64,000 bases of DNA, from the NCBI GenBank assembly GCA_017463585.1, contig JAFTOX010000007.1:35533-99532 (forward strand), in the 5' to 3' direction. The notes beneath the pieces are model-generated. The model saw only the letters and a list, made by a program, of their open reading frames with translations. It was not told the DNA's origin and searched no databases. The stretch's first letter is position 1; each line of letters opens with the position of its first letter. A program made the position numbers and the translations under genes. Positions 8,938 through 16,470 of the stretch are shown piece by piece. This DNA is from Rikenellaceae bacterium. GTDB lineage: Bacteria; Bacteroidota; Bacteroidia; Bacteroidales; Rikenellaceae.

Positions 8938-10269
8938 TTATCGTGTGAAAATGATTTTACGGATTTCGCGGTACTTACGGCGCAGCTCGCCCGACAGCAG
9001 GAACTTGACGTCCGAGATACCCAAGCGGATCAATCGCCACATCTCGTGCGCCACGATCGGGGCGGGTATCAACGCCACGATAACCGCCAGCGCCCACTGC
9101 CACGGTAGCGTCACAAAGGCGATGATCGTGTAGATGATCATCAGCACGGGCCACATCAGCAGATTGACCAGATAGCGCACCGAGTTGCGGAACGCCATAT
9201 CCTTCATCTTGGTGAAGATCACGCCACACACCGCCTTGATCGGCAACGTAAGAATCGACACGGGCAGACAGTAAGGCAGCAAAACGACGAGTATCAGCAG
9301 TTTAAACACGCGCGACCAGAATGGATACTTGATCGCCACCGAGGCCAAGCTGATATGTTTCGAGCGACGAATCTGCGCCGCCTCACGTCCGAGTTGGAGC
9401 AGTCGTTCGACCTTTTCGGGCTCGCGTTCACTCATCTCGCGCACCGCCCAAACGGTCTTATTGTTGGCTTTGAAGTGGGTATCCAGCTCGTGCAGATGTG
9501 CATTTTCCGAGAGCCCTTTGACCGTGCGAGCCTGCTTCATCACCGACGCCGCACAGATCTCATACATCGCCTCATAGTTCTCATCGTCAGGGATATAGAA
9601 CATCGACGACTTCATACGCTCGGTCAGCATATCCTTCGCCAGACTGATCTGCACCTGCTGCGGATATTCGCTGTGCTCCTCCATAAAGTCGCGCACGTTG
9701 ATCGGGTCGCCCACCTGCACGCGTACCGTCGAGCGGAAACGGAAGAAGCTACCGTAACGCAATCCCACGGGCACAATCCACAACGGCATATCGGGCATCT
9801 GCTCCTGCGCCTGGAACGCAATGCGGAAGATACCCTTCGACAGCGGCAGCGACGAGAATTTGGCTTGGTGCGTGCCCTCGGGGAAGATACAGAAGGGCAC
9901 CTGATCACGCAGCACATCGACCGCCTTAGCGATTGTTTCGTCGTTCTTGCGCACCTCGTCGATGCCGTCACGCATACGCATAATGGGCATAATCTTCAAG
10001 AAGCGGAAAATCTTCGCCAGCGTCGGATTCTTGAAGATGTCGGCACGTGCCACAAAGACCTTCGCCTTGCGGTCCATAGCCAAAATCACCAGCGCGTCCA
10101 TCAGCGCATTGGTGTGGTTCGGAGCGTAGATTATCGCACCGTTCTGTGGTATCTTTTCGCGGTCGATATAGCGCACATTTCGATACGAAAGTTTAAGCGC
10201 AAAATCGACATAGTAGCGCAACAGATCGTAGCACCAATCGTAGTCTTGAATCTTTTTCTCCTCCTTCAT
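8938..10269 (-). CDS. Glycerolipid acyltransferase (PlsC/LPLAT superfamily) with C-terminal membrane anchor
   Basis: APNHTNALMD (HX4D), FVARADIF, IFPEGT, IVPVGLRY. Confidence 0.9.
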   Translation of the reverse strand: MKEEKKIQDYDWCYDLLRYYVDFALKLSYRNVRYIDREKIPQNGAIIYAPNHTNALMDALVILAMDRKAKVFVARADIFKNPTLAKIFRFLKIMPIMRMRDGIDEVRKNDETIAKAVDVLRDQVPFCIFPEGTHQAKFSSLPLSKGIFRIAFQAQEQMPDMPLWIVPVGLRYGSFFRFRSTVRVQVGDPINVRDFMEEHSEYPQQVQISLAKDMLTERMKSSMFYIPDDENYEAMYEICAASVMKQARTVKGLSENAHLHELDTHFKANNKTVWAVREMSEREPEKVERLLQLGREAAQIRRSKHISLASVAIKYPFWSRVFKLLILVVLLPYCLPVSILTLPIKAVCGVIFTKMKDMAFRNSVRYLVNLLMWPVLMIIYTIIAFVTLPWQWALAVIVALIPAPIVAHEMWRLIRLGISDVKFLLSGELRRKYREIRKIIFTR

Positions 10270-10293
10270 AATATTCTCTTACTCATTCGTTTT

Positions 10294-11247
10294 CTACTCT
10301 TCAACGGGCTTGCGACGGAACAGATATGCCACCGTCAGTCCCGAAATAATATGCCAGATACCCCACCACGCCGTGATGAACAACATACCGCCGTAGTGAC
10401 CGTGCCAAACCTCAGGCGGGAAAATGGCGGCATTAAACAGCAGAATCAGACCCAAACCCGAGTTTTGGATACCGATTTCGACCGTCAGCGAGCGGCGATC
10501 GCGCTCAGGCACCTTTGCCAGCTTACCGCCGAAGTAGCCCGTTGCCAACGCCGCAGCATTGTGGAGCATCACGATGAAAAATACGTAGATGATATTGTCC
10601 AAAAATATCTGGAAATTCTGCGAGAACGACACCACGACCATACCGATGAACAACAGAATCGAGAGCGTCTGAGCCGGTTTTGTGATCTTTTTGGTTGCGT
10701 TGGGGAAGTAGCGCGCGAAGAGCAGACCGAGCACGATGGGCACACCGAGCAGCAACAGAATCTGCTCCAACATCGGCAGGAACGGAATCACCAATCGCGG
10801 AATCTCGCTATTGATGCTGATGACCGAGCTATACAACGAGCCCCACAGGAAGAAGTTGATCGGGGTGATCAGCGGCGCAAAGGCGGTCGAGATTGCGGTC
10901 ATCGACACCGACAGCTCGATGTTGCCCTTCGACAGCGACGAGATGAAATTCGAGATGTTACCTCCCGGACACGAAGCCACGAGAATCATACCCAGCGCAA
11001 TCATCGGAGTGATCACGGGGCTGAGTGCCAACGCAATAGCGAAGGTCACGGCGGGCAGCCCCACCCACTGCAACAAGATACCCACGATCACCGAGCGGGG
11101 AGAGGTAAATACATCTTTGAACGTCTGGGTTTTGATTCCGAGCGCCACGCCGAACATCACAAATGCCAGAATGATATTGACAATCATCATTCCACCCTCG
11201 CCGAAATTGATCGACACACTGTTCAGCGACTCTAACTGTTCCTTCAT
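10294..11247 (-). CDS. Bile acid:sodium symporter (BASS/SBF) family transporter
   Basis: MFGVAL, LVASCPGGNISNF, SLTVEIGIQNSGLG. Confidence 0.92.
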   Translation of the reverse strand: MKEQLESLNSVSINFGEGGMMIVNIILAFVMFGVALGIKTQTFKDVFTSPRSVIVGILLQWVGLPAVTFAIALALSPVITPMIALGMILVASCPGGNISNFISSLSKGNIELSVSMTAISTAFAPLITPINFFLWGSLYSSVISINSEIPRLVIPFLPMLEQILLLLGVPIVLGLLFARYFPNATKKITKPAQTLSILLFIGMVVVSFSQNFQIFLDNIIYVFFIVMLHNAAALATGYFGGKLAKVPERDRRSLTVEIGIQNSGLGLILLFNAAIFPPEVWHGHYGGMLFITAWWGIWHIISGLTVAYLFRRKPVEE

Positions 11248-11680
11248 TTCGAATAATTTTCAAACGGTCGCCTTTCCGACCGCAAAAGTGAATAATCATC
11301 GTGGTGCGCAGATAGGCTCAACGCACCCTTTTCGTGTCCAATCCGAACACTGTTTTTGCCCTTTTATACCAATATAAAAGAACAATATTCCACAAAATTA
11401 TCATTTATTCGTTAGAAACTACTATAAATACCAATTTATATATATAAAATAAGTACAAACACTTACTGCCCGCACCACCCTTTCAACCAATTTTGTCCGT
11501 TCGTACCACTCCACTTGCTGAGTTGCAGCAATTTTTGCCCCGTGGGCGACCCCGTTTTCGTCGCCTTTCGCACCACTCCGCCACCCGACTGCACAAAAAA
11601 TCGGGCTTGCACCCTCCCCCGTTTCGAGTTCAGATACAAGCCCTTCGAGCGGCACCGCACACGCCGCACTCCCAAAAAAC

Positions 11681-11911
11681 TCACAACTCCACAATGTCGT
11701 ACCACCGCCGATCGACCTCCCGCCAGAACGCCCGCCCCTCGGGCGTAGCCTCCCACTCGAATGCCTGGCTCACAAAGTAGGCCTCCTCGCCCACCGACCA
11801 CAACTCCTCGTCGAGCGCCGTGCAGTCGTTGTAGAGGTAGAAGGCACGGTCGAATGCCACCTCGCAACCCTGCTCACGCAAGAAGGCCCGAAATTGTTGG
11901 TAGCGCGACAT
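11681..11911 (-). CDS. Small hypothetical protein (76 aa) with a C-terminal FxWxxTPEGxxFW motif
   Basis: ATG start, 43 bp downstream of the EVE-HD gene on the same strand; natural-looking composition; AFEWEATPEGRAFWREVDRRW. Confidence 0.7.
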   Translation of the reverse strand: MSRYQQFRAFLREQGCEVAFDRAFYLYNDCTALDEELWSVGEEAYFVSQAFEWEATPEGRAFWREVDRRWYDIVEL

Positions 11912-11954
11912 CGTTTGCCTTGATTTCCGTTTGTCCCTTTTTGATTGTTTACCC

Positions 11955-12929
11955 CTAATTTTCGAGCTGCGACAAGTAGCCCTCGATGAACGCCAACGCC
12001 CGGGTATGTTTCTCGACGTAACGCAGGTGGTTGCCCTCGCGTCCGCGTGCCAAGTTGTGACGTAAGTCGTTCATCTTGACGTTGATAGCCGTTTGATTTC
12101 CCGATCGGCAAATGCGCTCGATATACTCCTCGTAGGGCGTCTGCTTGTCGTGCGTCAGCAGTCGCAACGCCTCGATCACCTCCGCCGTAAAACCCTCAGC
12201 CTCGATGTCGTCGAAATCGTAGTCGGTATCCTCGACCACATCGTGCAGAAAACCGACAATGCGCTCAGCGTCGTTGCGCCCCATCATACCAACAGCCAGC
12301 GGGTGCAGAATGGTCGGATTGCCGTCCAGATCGTAGTCCGCAGCGTGTGCCTTCGACGCCAATTCGATCGCCTTGTCGATGTCCGAACGCAGGTCGTAAT
12401 CCTCGTTGCGCACCGCCCGAGGCAGGTAGAACGACTTGTTGCGACCGATGTAGTCGCGCCACATAAGCTCCAAGTGCTCAGCCGTTTGACGTTCGAGCAA
12501 CACGCCCGAATGACCGTGTACCCAATCCACGTCGGGCAGTTCCTCGGTCAGCTCCTCAATCGAGATAATATCGGCACGCTCGGGGTGGAACACAGCCTCA
12601 AACTCCATCTGCATATAGTAGACCTCACGCCCCTTGCCCGTCCAATCTTCACCCTTGAACGGCTCGGAGGTGAACCTACCTGCGGCAAACACACCCGTGT
12701 TCCCCTCCCCGACACGCACCATAAAAAATCGATCACCACGTCGCGCCTGCTGCCACTCGTGCACACTCCAATCGAAATCACAATCCCACAGCCCGCGAGC
12801 CCACGCGTCCATATCCTCGTCCAAACGTCCCATCGTGTAGGACGAAATCGCAGGATTCCACCTCAGCAAGAAGGTGTTATGAGCATAGTCGCAACGTCGA
12901 TTGATCGACAATTTAATCTCCATTTCCAT
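11955..12929 (-). CDS. Fusion of an EVE-like (PUA-superfamily) domain and a small HD phosphohydrolase (Mesh1/SAH-like)
   Basis: N-half LLRWNP...DWSV...RGDRFFMVRVG..GVFAAG..TSEPF...YMQMEF...HSGVLL; C-half AIELASKAH...HPLAV...LHDVVEDT...ALRLLTH...VKMNDLRHNL. Confidence 0.75.
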   Translation of the reverse strand: MEMEIKLSINRRCDYAHNTFLLRWNPAISSYTMGRLDEDMDAWARGLWDCDFDWSVHEWQQARRGDRFFMVRVGEGNTGVFAAGRFTSEPFKGEDWTGKGREVYYMQMEFEAVFHPERADIISIEELTEELPDVDWVHGHSGVLLERQTAEHLELMWRDYIGRNKSFYLPRAVRNEDYDLRSDIDKAIELASKAHAADYDLDGNPTILHPLAVGMMGRNDAERIVGFLHDVVEDTDYDFDDIEAEGFTAEVIEALRLLTHDKQTPYEEYIERICRSGNQTAINVKMNDLRHNLARGREGNHLRYVEKHTRALAFIEGYLSQLEN

Positions 12930-12972
12930 TGTTTTGTGTATTATTTTTCTCGTTTTTCACACTATTCGGGGA

Positions 12973-13009
12973 CAAAGGTATCGGCCGTTTTTGACAATTA
13001 GTGTCAAAA
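12973..13009 (-). promoter_or_regulatory. Promoter (-7 TACCTTTG, 12973-12980) with palindromic operator TTTTGACA-N5-TGTCAAAA (12989-13009)
   Basis: Perfect 8-bp inverted repeat with 5-bp spacer, 8 nt upstream of a consensus -7 box pointing at the EVE-HD gene. Confidence 0.8.
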
Positions 13010-13054
13010 TGCGTTTCTGCGCGAATAATTTTCGCCCGCCCAACTCCTGAGCGC

Positions 13055-13089
13055 AAAAAATCCCCGCAACCACTCTCTTGTTGCGGGGA
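13055..13089 (-). terminator. Intrinsic terminator of the WYL gene, overlapping a second promoter unit
   Basis: Minus strand TCCCCGCAAC-9nt-GTTGCGGGGA-TTTTTT. Confidence 0.8.
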
Positions 13090-13125
13090 CAAAATTACGG
13101 GTCGATTTTGACAATTACTGTCAAA
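13090..13125 (-). promoter_or_regulatory. Second promoter/operator unit (-7 TAATTTTG, 13090-13097; TTTGACA-N5-TGTCAAA within 13106-13125)
   Basis: Same palindrome core and same 8-nt gap to a TAnnTTTG box as the unit at 12973-13009. Confidence 0.72.
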
Positions 13126-13155
13126 CCTCGTCCAACTCTCAAATATTTTTATCGG

Positions 13156-14058
13156 TTAAAACTTCGCACGGATACGTTCAGCCGCGCCACGCACATACTC
13201 CTCGAATTCGGGCGTCAGAATGCGGATATCCTCCGCAAGTCCCAACACAAAACGACCCACTCCGACATAGTCGCACACCATCGTATCGAGCAGCCAATGC
13301 GCCTCGTCGATCTGCGTCAAATCGCGCACCGCCAGCGGATACTCCTCAACGAGCAGATTGTGCGCCATCACCCCCAATTCGAGCTGCACGCGCGACTGCT
13401 CAAAGCCCGAAATGCGGAAAATATCGATGTAACCCTCGTGGTGCAGCTCGCCAAATTGCCACCTCTCAGCCAGCACCTCGACCGAGCCGATTCGCGCCGT
13501 ATTGAAGAGCTTATTCAGTCCCGACTCAGGCTCGTAGCACCACACCTGCACGTAGTTGGTCGTGAAGCCGAACGGCTCAACCAACCGATCCCTCACCACG
13601 CCCGTATGCGACGAGGCATAACTCCTCAATATCACCTGTTTACGCTCGGTAATAGCCTCAACCAAATGGTTGACATTGATGGCATTTCGACCCTCGACAA
13701 CACACTCCGCCAGCGCCGTACAGTTGTAGACCGAGGTCAATTTTCGACGCAGATTTTGTTTGAGCAGATTGGTATTGTCGAGCCCTTCGATGAGCTGATT
13801 TACGATGTGCGCCTCCTCGTCGGTGAAGTGAATGAGCTGCGAAATCTCCTTGAAATAGCGACTCTCACGACCGAGCTTATAGACGCCGCCCGCCTTGCGC
13901 TGAACGACAAAACCGGCATTGCGAAAGGTCTCGATATAGCGGTAGATGGAGCGATAGGAGGTACCCAGGCGCTCGGCCATTTCGTCGATGGTGTAGTTGT
14001 TGTTTGCGGTCATCATCTTCATCAGTCGCAACACGCGCTCGATCTTCGGCTGGTCCAT
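13156..14058 (-). CDS. HTH-WYL-WCX transcriptional regulator
   Basis: N-terminal HTH (YTIDEMAERLGTSYRSIYRYIETFRNAGF), WYL core (YASSHTGVVRDRLVEPF...WCYE...KLFNTARI). Confidence 0.92.
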   Translation of the reverse strand: MDQPKIERVLRLMKMMTANNNYTIDEMAERLGTSYRSIYRYIETFRNAGFVVQRKAGGVYKLGRESRYFKEISQLIHFTDEEAHIVNQLIEGLDNTNLLKQNLRRKLTSVYNCTALAECVVEGRNAINVNHLVEAITERKQVILRSYASSHTGVVRDRLVEPFGFTTNYVQVWCYEPESGLNKLFNTARIGSVEVLAERWQFGELHHEGYIDIFRISGFEQSRVQLELGVMAHNLLVEEYPLAVRDLTQIDEAHWLLDTMVCDYVGVGRFVLGLAEDIRILTPEFEEYVRGAAERIRAKF

Positions 14059-14176
14059 AGCAGTGAGGTGTAAATGGGGTTAATCACCCACAAAGTTAAT
14101 GAAAATCTCCACCTCGCCACCCTTCTCAGCCGAAAAAACGCCCACGTTCGCCCGAAAAAATTTCACCCTTCTCGTT

Positions 14177-14196
14177 TTTGACATACGTTTGTCAAA
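14177..14196. promoter_or_regulatory. Third TTTGACA...TGTCAAA palindrome (6-bp spacer) in the WYL/CHASE2 divergent region
   Basis: TTTGACA-TACGTT-TGTCAAA. Confidence 0.5.
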
Positions 14197-14395
14197 CGTC
14201 GCAGTGCTTAAACGCAGCGCAGCGCCGACATTCCAAGACGATTTTGCGAGCAAGACCTTCGCGCTCATTTCCCCGATCCGCCCAAATACCGCACGAAAAC
14301 CGACAAACTTTTTGCAAAAAGTGCATAGAGTCAGACTTGTTTGTAAAAAAATCATTACCTTTGTTCTATAAAGTCACCATTTCTAAATCCTCGAT

Positions 14396-15616
14396 ATGAG
14401 TACTAAAAATAAAACCACTGAGAGTGGTTCCACTTTTTGGGCTGCATACAAGTCCGAATTCAAGGTGGCGGTTATTGTGACAATCATCACAACAATCTTC
14501 GCTTTGGCAGGTGGAAACTTTATTATGGGGTTGTTCTCTCCGATTTCGGGCAATAGCGACTTCCAATTTTCGGATCTCTATTGCAAGGTTGCAAACAAAT
14601 TGGAGGATAATCCCAACAGTCGCAACATCACCATCATTGCCACCGACTCGCTCATCGAGCGTGAGCACTTGGCCGAAGCGATTGATTTCATTGGTCAGTT
14701 TGGTCCGAAAGTTCTGGGTATCGACATTCATTTCGCACAACCGCAGGATAGCCTGAGCGACCTGATGTTGATCTCGGCACTGAGCAGCTGCAATTGCAAT
14801 CTGGTCTTCCCCAACCCGCTCTACCAAGACGAATTCGGACATATACAAGAGGATCAGAAAACTTTCCTTAGCCCATTCCTGTCGAACGCTTCGTACGGCG
14901 CTACAAACTATACGATCAACTCGAATTGGGGTCCTACGCGCAAATTCGAAACCTCGTTCGATGGTGAGTTCGAGGCATTTCCGTCGTTTGCGTCGGAGAT
15001 AGCACGCATAGTCAACGAGGATCAGCACTACGCCCTGCTGGCCCGCAACGTGAAGTATGAGCGCAAATGGGAGTATATCAACTACATCGTTTCGCAGGGT
15101 TTCGACACACGTGTACTGACATTGCAGGACATCAGCGACCCCGACAAATATGCCGACTATGAGCACCTGATCAAGAATCGCATTGTGTTGCTCGGCGACA
15201 TCTACAACCCCAACGATATGCACACCACGCCGTACGACAAAGCGGTGGCAGGTATCTACATACACGCGCACGCGCTGGATACGATTCTTCAAGGTGCATA
15301 CTACCAAGAGATTCCCAAAGCGCTGCTGTACGTCATTTCGATAATCTGCTGTCTGCTCTTCACCTCGTTCTCGCTCGCGTTGAAGGAGTCGCACAAAGAG
15401 GTAAGCGGTCTGGTAATCCGTATCACGCAGGCAGTTTTGATGCTTTTGATCTACTGGATCGGCTGCGAACTCTATCTGCAACAGATCTATTTCGACCCCG
15501 TCGTGCTGATCCTGATGATCGTTGCCATTCCGTTCACGACAGATATCTATCAAGGAGCAAAGGGTTTATATCACAACATAATCAGAGAATTAAAGAAAAG
15601 GTTAAAGGAGAATTAA
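14396..15616 (+). CDS. Stand-alone CHASE2-domain membrane protein (no cytoplasmic output domain)
   Basis: N-terminal TM; GPKVLGIDIHF; IKNRIVLLGD...DMHTTP...AGIYIHAHALDTIL; three C-terminal TMs and a short basic tail; TACCTTTG -7 box at 14356-14363. Confidence 0.85.
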   Translation: MSTKNKTTESGSTFWAAYKSEFKVAVIVTIITTIFALAGGNFIMGLFSPISGNSDFQFSDLYCKVANKLEDNPNSRNITIIATDSLIEREHLAEAIDFIGQFGPKVLGIDIHFAQPQDSLSDLMLISALSSCNCNLVFPNPLYQDEFGHIQEDQKTFLSPFLSNASYGATNYTINSNWGPTRKFETSFDGEFEAFPSFASEIARIVNEDQHYALLARNVKYERKWEYINYIVSQGFDTRVLTLQDISDPDKYADYEHLIKNRIVLLGDIYNPNDMHTTPYDKAVAGIYIHAHALDTILQGAYYQEIPKALLYVISIICCLLFTSFSLALKESHKEVSGLVIRITQAVLMLLIYWIGCELYLQQIYFDPVVLILMIVAIPFTTDIYQGAKGLYHNIIRELKKRLKEN

Positions 15617-15632
15617 AAAAACAAGTAATACT

Positions 15633-16463
15633 ATGAAAAGCTACATTACACTATTAATTACACTCTTGTTCTCGGCGAGCGTTTGCGCTCAATCGACAGG
15701 CGCAGCCTACAAGATCAAGAACATCTCGGGTGGCGCCACGCTGATGGTAGGCAAAACGGAGAAGCATTTGCAGATTGGCGACGTACTGCGTCTTTCGGAC
15801 CACATCAAGTTGCAGAGTGGCAGCAAGATCACCATTATGCAGATCGAACGACCGAACAAGGTTTTCAGCTATGCCGATAGCGACGTCAAATCGGTCTATC
15901 ACATCATTCTCGATTCGAGCGACAAGAGCAACAGCACCTTCCGCGAAATGTGCTCAACCGTAGTAAGCCACAACAAAAAGGAGACAAAGAGTATCATCTC
16001 TCGCCCGTTGCAGGTTGAGCGTGGTCAAGATGAGGTGAACAACGCCTACGATGCGCTGGTCTATTCGGCAATTAAAAAGTCGATTAAGGATCTGCTGAGC
16101 AACTCGCTCTCGAAGGATCGTGCCGATGTCGAGATCTCGCGCACGGCGGTGGTTGACGACGAGTTCTCGTTCATTCTCCGCAAGAAGAGCGCAACGGCAC
16201 AGTATATCAACATTCTCTATGTCGATACTCAGGGCAACTACGACTTTTGCTTCGATGACAATATTCTGATCGACGGCAAACTGAAAAAGGATTGCGATAT
16301 GCAATTCAAATTCGACGCGTCGAGCAGCAGTCTTACCTTTATGGTTATCGCCACCTCGCAGAACTTTGACGTCGAGAACGTCCGAAAGTCGATTAGCGCC
16401 GAGGAGGCTGCATCATTCATAATCATTGATCAAGAGAACATTATCGTCACACTCGAAAGATAG
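15633..16463 (+). CDS. Secreted hypothetical protein (N-terminal beta-rich domain, C-terminal Ig-like/DUF4384-like domain)
   Basis: Signal peptide MKSYITLLITLLFSASVCA-Q; lies between the CHASE2 and CHAT genes with 16- and 7-bp gaps; domain calls tentative. Confidence 0.6.
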   Translation: MKSYITLLITLLFSASVCAQSTGAAYKIKNISGGATLMVGKTEKHLQIGDVLRLSDHIKLQSGSKITIMQIERPNKVFSYADSDVKSVYHIILDSSDKSNSTFREMCSTVVSHNKKETKSIISRPLQVERGQDEVNNAYDALVYSAIKKSIKDLLSNSLSKDRADVEISRTAVVDDEFSFILRKKSATAQYINILYVDTQGNYDFCFDDNILIDGKLKKDCDMQFKFDASSSSLTFMVIATSQNFDVENVRKSISAEEAASFIIIDQENIIVTLER

Positions 16464-16470
16464 CATTCGT

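Noticed and set aside
11300-11680. ORFs of 77-134 aa and an AT-rich patch between the BASS gene and the 76-aa gene
   Set aside because: Overlapping low-complexity translations with no family motifs; no convincing RNA structure or att site identified.
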